A stretch of 63,518 nt of DNA, the filler included, from Bonamia ostreae (taxonomy: Eukaryota): NCBI GenBank assembly GCA_040357525.1. It is 56 parts of 56 records of this genome, joined end to end, with 100 filler letters (N's around TTAATTAATTAA, not from the genome) between each part and the next. Parts side by side here need not be neighbours in the genome. Positions count along the whole stretch, not along the records: positions 1 to 1,042 come from JBDODL010002915.1; positions 1,143 to 2,183 come from JBDODL010002916.1; positions 2,284 to 3,324 come from JBDODL010002917.1; positions 3,425 to 4,465 come from JBDODL010002918.1; positions 4,566 to 5,605 come from JBDODL010002919.1; positions 5,706 to 6,745 come from JBDODL010002920.1; positions 6,846 to 7,885 come from JBDODL010002921.1; positions 7,986 to 9,025 come from JBDODL010002922.1; 48 more parts are not named here. The stretch is one strand, 5' to 3'. How positions within the stretch are numbered: the stretch's first letter is position 1; every line of letters begins with the position of its first letter. Position numbers and translations under genes: made by a program. A model generated the notes under the pieces. That model was not told where the DNA came from, made no database searches, and saw only the letters and a list, made by a program, of their open reading frames with translations. Shown piece by piece: positions 1 to 12,545 of this stretch.

Positions 1-1042
1 AAACATGGATGAGGGACATAGGTCGAGAGAAGATAATACTACCTTTTCATACCTACCAACTACCTTGAAAATGATTTTGTGATTAAAATATATATATGGC
101 TTAATTAATTTCACATTGAAGCCCTTTTTGAAAAGTTTAATTTCATGATTAAATAAAAAGAAATTAAGATTTTTGATAACGAGATGCAGGAAACAATCAT
201 TAAGAATCTACATGTATAATGGAATTAAAATGCATCATTCTCTGTGCTAATGTTATCAGCCGGAAATTCATTTTCGTTCAAAATTTTATTGAAGGAGATC
301 ATTCTAATATTTTATAATCATTGTGAATTAAATGTTTCTACTTTAACATGGTATATTCTAGTGATGTGGTGCAATTTATATTCTGAATTAAAGATCGAAA
401 AGCATAATAGATCATGATTATCACCATGCAATAACACATTTGTATATCAACTGAAAATAAAAATATTCCTATAAGGTATCTAGGTACCTTAATTTGAAAT
501 ATTACTATTGAAACAGTATTTTTATAGTTTTTAGAATGCCTGCTCCTTGATCAAGGCCTGGAGGTCAATGTTTCAAAGAATGAAATGTTGCAGGCACGAA
601 GAAACATTGCACAAGTGTTGTTGAAAAATAGTGGTAAGCTACAAGAATATTTTAAGCACAAAAGAAAACAGCATTATGTTTCATGATAAATAGTCTACAA
701 CTGGATAATCATGTTAAATTAAAAAAAAAGATTTCGTAAGAATTACTTACAATGCTCACAATAGTCATTATAGTATGCTATTATATTTTTAAAACTTTGT
801 TGTTCAACAGATGACTTAGATGAATTCTGCAGAGTTTGTTTTACAAGGGCATCAGATGAAAAGGGATCTTTGGTAGTTATATGATTCAGTATGATGACTA
901 TTGGATATGAAATTGTTCATCAGCTTTTATTTATATATTCTTTGATATATTTATCTTGTTTACAGGTTCAATGTTCAGACTGCATGATGCAAAATGAGCT
1001 TAAGTTTTTCCACAGAAGTTGCCCATGTTCCATGCATGGGGA

Positions 1043-1142
1043 NNNNNNNNNNNNNNNNNNNNNNNNNNNNNNNNNNNNNNNNNNNNTTAATTAATTAANN
1101 NNNNNNNNNNNNNNNNNNNNNNNNNNNNNNNNNNNNNNNNNN
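1043..1142. other. Artificial contig-joining spacer (N-run + TTAATTAATTAA + N-run); first of about 55 copies, recurring every ~1.14 kb
   Basis: Identical 12-mer giving stops in all six frames, flanked by Ns; unrelated sequence on either side; contig length falls steadily along the window. Confidence 0.98.
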
Positions 1143-2160
1143 AAAATAAATTTCTCGCCGAACAAGTGACAAAAAAATTTTGGTTGGCAATTCGTCAGAA
1201 CCCTCGACGCAGCCGAGAAGAAGGCGATGTTCAGCAACAAGATCGACCCCCAATTCTCTCTAAACATCGGCGCGCTCGATTTGAACCCAAAACATAACGT
1301 CGGCGAAAATAAAAAGTTTATCGCCATTAAAGCTTGTAACAGAATTAATGGATGAAACATCCGATGAGCAGAGAAAAGAGCCTTATTTTTCTCCAAACGA
1401 AAAACAGTTGGGCGAAAGTGACTATTTTTCTTTTCTCGGGCGCGATGAATTTTTTGGTGAAGGCTGCTCTCGTGAGATAAAGGAAAGCTGCGATGCAGAC
1501 GAACATGGAGACGACAACTATCCCATTAAAAGCGAGGAGCAACGAAAGAGGGCTTCTTTTGTATTCGACGGTTGACGACAAAATGAGCCAAGCTAGCATT
1601 GTCAGAAGTCCGGCAATGGACATCCCCGCGGGAACCGCTTTTACGAACTGCTCTGGCAACAAGGAACAAAACCTTTTAATTTTCCGAATTTTCGATTGGC
1701 CAAAATTGCGATTTTAGAATAAAAACGAAAAGAATGAAGACTGCGCCACAGCAAACAGAAATGCGGTGCAGAAAACAGATGCCAAGAAGAAGTAAAAATG
1801 GGTGTTTTTATGGTCAGTGAAATATCTATAAGGGAAAAAGGCCACACCGAAAGAGACGGGAATTTGCAAGGCCCAACTTGCGAAAAGTCTTTTTCTGATG
1901 GAGAACAGGTTCTCTGCTTTCAGCATCAAAAGCGTGACGAACGGCGTCGGCAACGTAAGAATCCAGTTTGAGGCGCCCATTTTTTGCGCCCCGAACAAAT
2001 TCCGCCACAACTGGCTGCTTTGCGCGACAGCGCTGTAAGGACTAAGAATAAGCGCTCCGATCAAAATACAGGCGCAAAAGGTTTTTCTGGAATTTGCGTC
2101 GGCCGACACAGTCGTGATGCATTTTGGGATGTTTAGTTTGTCAGGCTCCATGTCGGACAT
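1143..2160 (-). CDS. Equilibrative nucleoside transporter (ENT/SLC29 family), 3'-partial, protist
   Basis: Three hydrophobic ORFs join via GT-AG introns 1726-1673 (54 nt) and 1358-1333 (26 nt): AVAQSSFFS/FCSLLPEQFVKAVPAGMSIAGLL matches the ENT QGSLFGLAGLLP..YT..IMSGQGLAG region; INFLFSP matches the TM7 ..FP motif. Confidence 0.75.
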
Positions 2161-4055
2161 TGTCGCAATATTATATTTCAGTGNNNNNNNNNNNNNNNNN
2201 NNNNNNNNNNNNNNNNNNNNNNNNNNNTTAATTAATTAANNNNNNNNNNNNNNNNNNNNNNNNNNNNNNNNNNNNNNNNNNNNACCGAATTTGAGGCTAA
2301 ATTTTATAACCGATTTATTGTTTAAATTTTGGCTAAATTTTGCAATTAAACGTTCTATTTTTAGATATATTTTGATGATATTATCGATCTGTTTCTTCGA
2401 ATCTTTTACTAATAGCTCTGTCATCGCTTCAATTATTGCTATTTTCATATAAAAATCGCTTTTATATCTTCAAAAAAATTAAATTTTTGAGAAATAAAAA
2501 ATCTGAAAACAAAATTTAGTCGCCTTAAAAACTTGATGAACAAAGACATAAAATCGATTTGAGTTCTATTCGGAAGTTGCAAATTTTTATCTAAAACGGC
2601 GATCGCTTTGATCGAGCTACAACTGATTTTTTTGTTTTTCGAAGGAAATATTTGGTCTATTTTTATGTATCTCAACAACTGTTTCAATAATCGTTTTTTC
2701 ATATCTTCGTCGAATTGAATTTTCAACAAAGAACAGCATTTAATTAAATGACTTATGTAGTCGTCATCTTTGTACTTTTTGTTGTTCATTGTTGTCAAAA
2801 AATTGTCATTTTCCAAAATGTCAAAAAATATTGTCGCTAAAATCGAAATTTCAAAAAAAAACGAAATTGAAATTAAAAAAATGAAAATTGCAAAAAAAAT
2901 CGAAATTGCAAAAATATCAAATAATTAAAAAAATGAAAATAAAAAAATCGAAATTGCAAAATAATCAAAATTGCAAAAAAAATCGAAATATCAAAAATGT
3001 CAAATAATTTTAAAAAATTTTAAAAAGCACTTTGTTATTGCTATTGTCATTAAACTCCAAAATCTCAATCAACAATTTTACTGCAACAACCGCATTGCAA
3101 TTCATCGAATCTGTACTCTCCGCCAAAACTTTATCGATTTTTTTGCGCACAAAATAAGTTTCAAAATCGCTAAAATCGTTTCTTTTCAGAATTTTCTCTT
3201 TCTCGAAAAATTTTTCTCTGTAAAACGCGACGACGATTTTGACATTTTTGTTGAAAATATCGTCGTCGTTTTTGCCCATCAAAATAATCGTTCTCGCAGC
3301 CAAAACGCGACATTTGTAAAAATANNNNNNNNNNNNNNNNNNNNNNNNNNNNNNNNNNNNNNNNNNNNTTAATTAATTAANNNNNNNNNNNNNNNNNNNN
3401 NNNNNNNNNNNNNNNNNNNNNNNNAGCCATTCGATGATTTGGGGCTAGAGCCAATATGTGGAATAATCGAAAGTCCGGCGCAGTTTAATGTCTTTCTGCG
3501 CTTCGGTCTTTTTTCTAAATTGGTGTCAAAATCTTCTGAGTCTGACGAAATCGCTTCTTCCGTCCTCAAAGAAGCGGTCTTTAAAAATTTAAAGACTAAA
3601 ACTCTTTTTTTAAGCCTCATTTTTGGTGAACTGCAATCTTCGCAGTTACACATTTCTGTGTTCATTATATCCTTGCTAAAATTAAATTTTAAATTAAGTG
3701 GTTGTTTTTTAAATAAGCCTTATTTGTTTGCAATTTTTGTTATTTTACTGTTTTATAGATTATCTTTAACAATTTTTAGTTGTTTTAAAGGGTTCATTGA
3801 AATTTTATATTTTAAATAAAATGGCGTTAAATGGGAGAGAAATTATTTTTAAAATATTAAAATTAAACGAAAAATAAAAATGAAATTAGAGCTTTCAATA
3901 AATTTTATGGAGAAAAAGACCTACCGATGATAAAATGCAAAAACGACATCTCTTCGAAAATTTTATAATTGTCGCAATGCGCACAAAGGATGAAATGGAA
4001 AGTTGAGAGATTGTAATCGTTATTGTCTAAATATAAAAGCGCTCAATATATTTAT

Positions 4056-4310
4056 TTAGCATGTTATTTCTATATTTTTAATGTCAAGCAGAAGCTTTGA
4101 AAGAGAAGCTTTTTCATATATTATGCGTATTTTTAAAGGGCAACTGGGGCACTTCAATTCTTCTACTCCTTTGTGCAGTTCGTCAATGGTAACACTGAAA
4201 AAATCCCCGCACGGACCTTTTCATATTTTTAAAGAGAAACAAGTGTATCGGAAGATGTCTTGCTCCTCGACAAATTCCATTGATTCTAAACGAATTTCGT
4301 CGTGATACAT
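4056..4310 (-). CDS. DPH3: Diphthamide biosynthesis protein 3 / KTI11 (CSL zinc finger), 76 aa, complete; not in ORF track
   Basis: MYHDEIRLESMEFVEEQDIFRYT-CPCGDFFSVTIDELHKGVEELKCPSCPLKIRIIYE...; a 24-nt intron at 4240-4217 splits the first Cys codon of CPCG. Confidence 0.92.
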
Positions 4311-4630
4311 TTTAAGTGCAAATTATATTGAAGTGTCTAAACACATTCGCAATAAAATATTATAAGAAAAACGAAATATCCATATTAAAGCTTTAAACAG
4401 AGATTCAATGCTTATGAATATTGCACATTGTATTGGATAAAAGCATTCACATGTAATCAGATCGCNNNNNNNNNNNNNNNNNNNNNNNNNNNNNNNNNNN
4501 NNNNNNNNNTTAATTAATTAANNNNNNNNNNNNNNNNNNNNNNNNNNNNNNNNNNNNNNNNNNNNGTTTTCCAAAGAACAATTTAAGAAACGATTCTGCA
4601 ATCCTTAAAAATCCAATTTAACGCAAAAAG

Positions 4631-5303
4631 ATGATGAGAGAATACAAATCCTTCCCAAATAAAGACGAAGACGTTTCTAAAGTGCTTGATTTTTACTTCA
4701 GTCTTTGTTCCGTAGAATTAACAGCCCGCGACGCAGCCGTTCTCTCCGCTTCTCTCGCAAACGGTTTGCAAAAAATCATTTCCAAATTTAGGGGGAGTTT
4801 GCCCAATAACAAATGACGCTGTTCTGGAATCCATCAACGTTCGGAATTGCTTATCGCAAATGCTCTCATGTTCGATTTCTGAAAAAAATAAAAAGGCGGA
4901 ATGTACGATTACAGCGGCGAATGGGCTTTCAGCGTCGGCCTCCCCGCAAAATCGGGCGTGAGCGGGTGTGTGCTCATTGTCATCCCCAACAAAATGGGAA
5001 TCGCCGTTTATTCTCCGCCGCTCGACAAAATTGGCAATTCGGTGAAAGGACTCGCCTTCGCCGAACGACTTTCGGAGCAATTTTCCATACACCATTTAGA
5101 CAGTTTCCACGCGAAAGGAGGTCGATTGGAGCGAGCGGTGCGAATGGAAACATCGCGGCGGAGACAGCATCGTCTGAACATCTCGAATTTGCTGGTTTCG
5201 GCTTCGAGCGGCGATTTAGACGAAATAAAAAGATTGGTCTCGATCGGCGTCAATCCGTTCGAGCCCGGGATCGATGGGAGAACTGCTTTGCATTTAGCTG
5301 CTT
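4631..5303 (+). CDS. GLS: Glutaminase with C-terminal ankyrin repeat (kidney-type architecture), partial, protist
   Basis: LDFYFSLCSVE..ASLANG/GVCPIT..VRNCLSQMLS/CGMYDYSGEWAFSVGLPAKSGVSG..SPPLDKIGNSVKG, then ankyrin DGRTALHLAA; introns 4764-4791 (28 nt) and 4870-4895 (26 nt) restore the conserved frame. Confidence 0.93.
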
Positions 5304-5309
5304 GTTTAT

Positions 5310-5605
5310 TGCGAATTTTTATTGATTTTTTTTATTTTCAGAATTTATTGCCAATTTTTTATTGCGATTTTTATTGATTATTTTTTATTTACAATTTTTA
5401 TTGCAACTTTTATTGCAATTTTTATTTATTTTTTTATTGCAATTTTTATTGATTATTTTTATTTGCAATTTTTATTGTTTTTTTTTGCAAATTTTTATTG
5501 ATTATTTTTTATTTGCAATTTTTATTGATTTTTTATTGCGATTTTTTATTTGCAATTTTTTATTGATTTTTTATTGCGATTTTTATTGATTTTTTATTGT
5601 GATTT
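5310..5605. repeat. AT-rich minisatellite inside the glutaminase intron
   Basis: Degenerate TTTTTATTG(CAA/CGA/A)TT units start just after the GT donor at 5304 and run to the contig end. Confidence 0.85.
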
Positions 5606-5705
5606 NNNNNNNNNNNNNNNNNNNNNNNNNNNNNNNNNNNNNNNNNNNNTTAATTAATTAANNNNNNNNNNNNNNNNNNNNNNNNNNNNNNNNNNNNNNN
5701 NNNNN

Positions 5706-6670
5706 GACAACATCATTAAATTCCAAACTTTGTCTGCGGCATATGAAGTGCCTATAACCAACTCTGATTTTCCATTGTAGCTGTTTACACTTTGCACAAA
5801 GCTGTTTATGTTTTCTGGTTCTACCTCGTAGACAAAATAGTCAACATACCTGTCAAAGTCTGCGAATCTTGTTAAATTTGTTTTTAAGTATCAAAGTGAT
5901 AAATCTAGAAATTATATTTAGCTGAAAATTTCTTACAGGGATTCGTCAAAATCGTTTCCTTTGACAGTAACAGAAATAAATCGTGTTCCTGTAATCAATT
6001 CTCTTATGGCTTTAACACAATCCTTCAATGCGTCGGCATCACTAAAAATCGCGATTAAATGTTTTTACCTGCTAGACGAGTAAACAATGTCAACGCCTCC
6101 AAAATAACTTTTCATCATCATACTTTTTGTCATAGCAACACACGTACTTAAAATGAAGTTTAGAACGAAGCAAGATTGCCGGAACTTGACGATGCCGCGG
6201 AAAAGTCATTGGAGAACATCACGTAATTGCTCGATTCCACTTTTGACTCATCAATCATGAATGCGGTACCAATATCAGCTATCGCGAATTGGAAGCCGTT
6301 TTCGAATCCCTTATAAACTGCATCAGCGCTGTCAGCTTTGAATCCAATTCTGTTGTAGTACGCTTTTTAGTAAATTTGTTGAGTAACCTATTTCACAGGG
6401 AGGGCAGAGTCTGGTTCCTTGCCAACAACCATCCACTTTGTGAACAGATTTTATCGTTCCGGGGAACGGAGTGCAAATGGAGTTGACATGTTGGCATTGT
6501 CCACAGCTTCTGACTTTGTCAGCGGGATTATCGCTGTAATTATGGTCATAACACCATTCGTCGCAGGGCTCATCTAGAAAGAATGAAAGGATGGTTGTTT
6601 AAAAACAGATAGTTTGGCTGAACACAAACGATAAAAGAATCATCATTTTAAAAAGATAATTTGCTTTCAT
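5706..6670 (-). CDS. Secreted protein: signal peptide + Cys-rich domain + degenerate GH18 (chitinase-like) barrel; 3'-partial; not in ORF track
   Basis: Five GT-AG introns (6606-6574, 6387-6363, 6166-6147, 6068-6042, 5936-5868) give one open frame: MKANYLFKMMILLSFVFSQ..CDEWC..CGQC..C..C..CPPC..STCVAMTKSMMMKSYFGGVDIVYSSSSDADALKDCVKAIRELITGTRFISVTV..FDRYVDYFVY..KSELVIGTSY. Confidence 0.6.
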
Positions 6671-7089
6671 TTTTTCGTATTTGTGGTTATGTTTTTAAAT
6701 TTTTTTGCTTAATATCTTTTTTTTAGTTGAAAATTTTAACAGTAANNNNNNNNNNNNNNNNNNNNNNNNNNNNNNNNNNNNNNNNNNNNTTAATTAATTA
6801 ANNNNNNNNNNNNNNNNNNNNNNNNNNNNNNNNNNNNNNNNNNNNAAATAATTTGGCAATTTTATCAGATTTGTTCATTTTGCCAAAATTTGCGAAAAAT
6901 AAAAATTTTAAGAAAAAACAGCCATTATCAACGAGGTCGAATATAAAATGAGGTTGAAACGGCTTTTTAAAACTAGAAATAACGCAAAATTATTTCACGA
7001 CATTAGATTATAATTATTACATTAATTTTCGATTGCAAAAATAATTTTTGGCTTAGTTGACTTGCACTCTGAAATAAACTATTTGAATT

Positions 7090-7788
7090 TCATAAACCAA
7101 GCAATAAAGATGGACGAAAACAAAAACGGCTTTGAGCAATCCTCCATTTCCGATTCGAAAGATTTGCCAGAACGACTCAAAATTCTCGTAAAACAGATTT
7201 TTATTTTTTTGTTGCTTCAAAATCGAATTAAAATTACGACTCCATTAAACCTTAAAAGAGGCATTCACAATGCGGAAATTTTGGATGAAACATTGAAAAA
7301 AATGTCGGAACAGTTCCACAATTCTGGTTCGGTTTTAAAAAAGATTTCCGAAAAATCAACTGCGAAAACTTCTCGCAAAAATCTACACGACTATGTTGAT
7401 AAAGACTGCATGAACACTTATTCGGCGATTAACATTTTGGGTGACAATCATTTGAGAATAAGTGATGAAATTAATGAGCTTATAGAGTCAAAATATCACA
7501 CGGTAAATAAATTTTTGAGTGGAAATATTTTAAGTCGAGTGACGATTTGGTCGAAAATAAATCGACTTTTTCCGTAACAATAAAAATTGAAGGGATTGGA
7601 AAATTTGAGATTGCGTTGCAAAACTTTGGATAAGCAAAACGGGGAATGTGTTGCTTCGTTGCGAAAGCAAAGGGTCAACATTGAATTGCTAAAGCAACGA
7701 GCAATTAAAAAAATTACAAATGAGTTCGAGAAAGATTACAACATACGAACTAATGGTACGCCGTCAAAACAAAGATTGTCTGTTATGG
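7090..7788 (+). CDS. Intron-containing alpha-helical/coiled-coil protein, possibly BAR-like, partial
   Basis: ORFs 7062-7577 and 7587-7805 carry helical charged sequence interrupted by AT-rich intron-like stretches; exon limits approximate. Confidence 0.35.
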
Positions 7789-8153
7789 TTCGATTTGGTT
7801 TTTAAATTAAAATTGTTTTTCTGAATTGCTAAAAATCGATTTTTGTAAAATTAAAATTGTTTTTCCGAATTGCCAAAAATCGATTNNNNNNNNNNNNNNN
7901 NNNNNNNNNNNNNNNNNNNNNNNNNNNNNTTAATTAATTAANNNNNNNNNNNNNNNNNNNNNNNNNNNNNNNNNNNNNNNNNNNNTTTATTTTTTAAGAC
8001 GAATTTTTATTTTTTAAGACGAATTTATATTTTTTAAGACTAACTTTAATTTTTATAACGAAATTTAATTTTTAAGACAAATTTTTATTTTTTGACGAAA
8101 TTTAATAATTCTGAAACACAAACATAATTTTTATCGAAAAAATTTCCAAAACC

Positions 8154-8639
8154 AAAATATATTTTGGCAAAATCAGAGACACCGATAGCGGGAAGCAAAA
8201 CATTTGAGAAACTCGTTAGACAAACGATATTGACGAGAAGATGCAAAACAGAATGATGGGAGAACATGTGAGTTATCAAAGTGTGCGGGTTTCTAGCAAA
8301 AACATGCGATTGGAGCGTAAAATGTTTTACCATTATCTTTTCAAGCGGTTTGTAAATTTTTGAAAATTGCCAAAAACAGTGCACGAACACGTTAATACCG
8401 ATAATCGCCCCTAAAAAGGGGACAGCGCTGTGCTCAAAGAAAATTTTTTTCGATTCTTCGTCATTTTTGAATCTGTTGTTAAATTTTGAATATTCCACAA
8501 AAGGATTTCTTATCCAATCGCTCAATATAAAGGCGCTCCCAAAAAATAACGAAGTTTTTGCGAAAAAACCAAATTTTCTAAATTTTGGCGCAAATTTGTT
8601 CGGATTTTTAAAATGTTTCGCAAACTTTGTTAAACGCAT
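8154..8639 (-). CDS. Mitochondrial rhomboid protease (PARL/Pcp1-like), first exon
   Basis: Basic, acid-free presequence MRLTKFAKHFK..; INVFVHCFWQ..HFT..PHTLITHMFSHHSVLHLLVN rhomboid L1/TM2 motif; runs into a repeat-filled intron. Confidence 0.85.
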
Positions 8640-8790
8640 TTTTAGGCGGTTTTTTTGTTAATAAAACAATTTAAAAAATTAGTCTTTTTTGCAGTTTGTT
8701 GTGAAAACATTTTATGGGTAAATTATAGAATCACGATTACTTAGTCATCAAGCAAATTATATAGAATCAGTTATATTAATTAAAGCTTAA

Positions 8791-8943
<153 letters not shown>

Positions 8944-10584
8944 TAGTTTTTTTCAGACATTCTTTGAATCTCAGATAATTATTTTTGTTTAAAAATGTGA
9001 TGACGACATAATTATTTCTGTATATNNNNNNNNNNNNNNNNNNNNNNNNNNNNNNNNNNNNNNNNNNNNTTAATTAATTAANNNNNNNNNNNNNNNNNNN
9101 NNNNNNNNNNNNNNNNNNNNNNNNNGAATAACGTTGCGGGTACTGTAATGCTGGTTCCTAAGTAAAGTCAAGTGGAATATTCTGTAGTCTTACTATCTCC
9201 TGTAATCAATGAGAACTCGATGCTGTTATGATTTTCATGTCCATCACATTTGTACAAAGGTGTTTACCAAAAGAAGTATTTTCTCCGTTACATTGTGTAA
9301 ATCCACTCGTAAACAATTTGGAAGCTCCTCCTATTTTTCTATGTTGACATATAAGACCACTGAAACGTTTGCTGCAGTCCTTAGGTCTATTGTACGATCT
9401 AACTCTCCTTGAACAATCTTCTTAGTCAACTGAATACTGAGAAATAAATCACGTAGACAACACAAACATTCGGTAACGCTCACTAAAGATCAAGATATGT
9501 ACACACAAAATTAAGATACCTGAATTTCAATAAAGGTATTTTTTCTCATTAAAAAATATTCTCACTGCACAATAATACAGCACTTAAAAAAAAGAATAAA
9601 TACTGAATTTTAATATGTACAAAACATATTTGTATCCATATATAGTAGTACGTAGGAAAACATTCTAACTACAAAAATATATATCTTTTTGAAAAATGCA
9701 ACATGATTTAACGGTCTAAATTTGATACTTTACATCAGAATAACACCCATATTGTGAGCTATGACTTGTTTTATTGTACAGGCGTCGTACTGTCCCGTTG
9801 GTTTACTATGACTTTGGTAGCGGCGCTGGTGCAGTAATCGTTCCAAATGTTTGTGGTGACGCATGAATTTCCCGTACATTTTATATTGCAGGTGGTGGCG
9901 GCGGCGGCATTGACAGCTGTGGTGACAGTGTAATCGATGAACTGTTGGGGGCGGTGATATGCCTTTGCTTTGTATGGGAGGATGCAATGGAGGCGGGGAT
10001 TGATGGTCTTTAAGCAGTGGCAGAGGTTGCGGTGGATTCTAAGACGAGGTTCCTGGGAAAAGGTCATGGCAATGTGTATTCCTTACGTGTCGAAGCATGG
10101 CGTCTTTTCCATAAAATCCCTTTTTGCAATGTACGGGGTTTCCCTATAAAGGTGCGGTTCGCAATNNNNNNNNNNNNNNNNNNNNNNNNNNNNNNNNNNN
10201 NNNNNNNNNTTAATTAATTAANNNNNNNNNNNNNNNNNNNNNNNNNNNNNNNNNNNNNNNNNNNNAACGTATTTATGAACTAATCAACTAAATTAAACTC
10301 TTTTTTTTTCTTCAAATAACTTACATCTATTCATATTTTGATAATATGAACTCGGATAGTATGAAATTTCAGATACGTGTAGTATGAAAAGAATTCCACT
10401 CAATTCAACACATTTCCCACCAAAAATTGCCAACATAGTATGAAACCCGAAGTAAATTTTTGAACCCCTTTGATTTCATTTTAACGGTATTAGACTGTAT
10501 TCTGTTTTGGCCTTAATTCAATTTACTTTTTAACGAACACTAATAAAAGTAAGTAACTTACATCACAACGAAACTGTAACCAAG

Positions 10585-10948
10585 GGAAATGTCAATTAGG
10601 TTCTTGAAATCCAATTTGTCTGTTACTACTAGCTTTCCTCGTTGTGCAAATGCCAGTGTCATCTTTTGGTCCACCATTTCCACATTAACATCAGCAGAAG
10701 TCTTCCTAAACTCTCTTTGAAGAGACTGGATGTGAATGTCTATTGATGCATCATCTTCACTTGATGGCGGATCTGGTAGGTAGTTTCCAAGTCCCCAAGT
10801 GAAAGCTCTTTCCTCTGCTGGTGGACTGAGTGGAGTAGCAGCCTGTGTGTTCTTTTTTCTTTTTTTTGCTGACAACATCTGGATGGCTTTGGTCAAAACT
10901 TTTTCTTGCGTTTCCAAATTTGAAGATTATTTTATCTTTCCAATATGC
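10585..10948 (-). CDS. SAMD3-like exon of the kind associated with animal DNA transposons, host
   Basis: NYLPDPPSSEDDASIDIHIQSLQREFRK..VDQKMTLAFAQR resembles the NYLP.P.GED......H...L..E.KK....KM..TF..RR pattern. Confidence 0.45.
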
Positions 10949-11442
10949 CTAAAATGAATAGTTCATGTATGTATTTACGAAATGTGTTCAACATTTAACT
11001 TAATACGTCATGATTATAGTAAAAACTGTCCTAATGGGACTTCTACTCCTAATGGATGTTATTATTTGAAAGTGATTTGAAATAATGTAAATCAATAAAT
11101 ATTCGCAAGATATTTATTTTCCTATAATATTGTGTAACAATGTCTGTCTGTGAATTAAAGTAGTTGCAAATAAATACATCAAAGTTTACTCACGAAATAG
11201 AGTACATTGCACTCTTGAATAGTAAGTTATCTACATGCAGTATTGAACCCTTAACCCATTTTTTAAAAATACATGGAAAATAAATTTACAATTCATATTC
11301 CACTCNNNNNNNNNNNNNNNNNNNNNNNNNNNNNNNNNNNNNNNNNNNNTTAATTAATTAANNNNNNNNNNNNNNNNNNNNNNNNNNNNNNNNNNNNNNN
11401 NNNNNTCGACGAAAAGTCAATTGCTGAAAAGAAAAAAAAAAC

Positions 11443-12445
11443 CGATTAAGAAATGAAAAAGGCAATCCTTTTCTTCCTCCGCCCTCAGAAAGCGGATTCT
11501 GTGTCGCGAAAACGCGGAAACCGTCCGCACAGCTCACGTTTTCGCCGATTTCTGGTACAAAAACGCATTTCCGATGGTCCAAAACGGAATTGAGTCCCTC
11601 CAAAACTTGTTGCGGCGCCAAATTCAATTCGTCCAGCATAACCCAATCGCCGTTCCGCATCGCTTTTAAGAAGACGCCATCTTCCCAACAGAACTTGTCG
11701 CCGCGAGGGAGGTCGCATCCGATCAAGTCCATGATATCGGTGTGTTCGGACAAATTTATTCGAACCAATTTGTTTTTCGTTAATTTTGCGAGCGCTGAGA
11801 TCGTCGCCGTTTTGCCGACGCCGGGACTGCCTTCGATCAAAATGGCCTTGTCTAGTTGCATTGCTCGTAATATGTTGAACATGTTTTCTTTTACTGTTTG
11901 GCTTTCTGTGTAGAAATTTTGCTCTTTTGTTATAAATTTTCGATTTTTAGATTTTTTTGTTTTTGATTTTATCTTTTTTGTAAATTTGTTATTTTTTGTT
12001 TAAATTTTATGGAATTTTTCAATTTTTGTCTTTTTATTTTTTCTAAATTTTTCAATTTTATAAAAATTCGATTTTATTATTTTGACGAAATTGAAATTTA
12101 TGTTTTTGTTTTTTTTTTGAAATATTTGTTATTTTTCGAGTAAATTTGATAAAATTTGTAAATTTTAATATTCGAAACGTTTTTTATTATTGTCGGGATT
12201 TTGACTGTCGCCGACAAATTTTTGCGATAAGTTGACTAAACTGAGAGAACATTTAGCTTTTTTGATATAAAAAGGATCAATTCCAATTAAATCGCGATTT
12301 TCAAAGATTTCCTTTTTGTCAAAACTTTGAATTTTAATATCAGATTTTAGCAAATTTGAGAATCCAAAATCTTTGAAAAAAATTTGGCATTCTTCAAAAT
12401 TCAAATTTGTTCCGTTTAAAAGCAATTTTAGGCCTTCAACAAAAA
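11443..12445 (-). CDS. MDN1: Midasin/Rea1 AAA+ ATPase, internal exons
   Basis: ILRAMQLDKAILIEGSPGVGKT, RINLSEHTDIMDLIG, WVMLDELNLAPQQVLEGLN, FATQNPLSEGGGRKGLP.SFLNR; upstream exon with GIDPFYIKK separated by a ~300-nt intron. Confidence 0.93.
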
Positions 12446-12545
12446 NNNNNNNNNNNNNNNNNNNNNNNNNNNNNNNNNNNNNNNNNNNNTTAATTAATTA
12501 ANNNNNNNNNNNNNNNNNNNNNNNNNNNNNNNNNNNNNNNNNNNN

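Noticed and set aside
535-870. Possible Ulp1-protease/PHD exons of a host transposon
   Set aside because: Fragments too short to support a call
5362-5589. Phe/Leu/Ile-rich 'membrane' ORFs here and at 50365-50761
   Set aside because: Translations of T-rich intronic repeats
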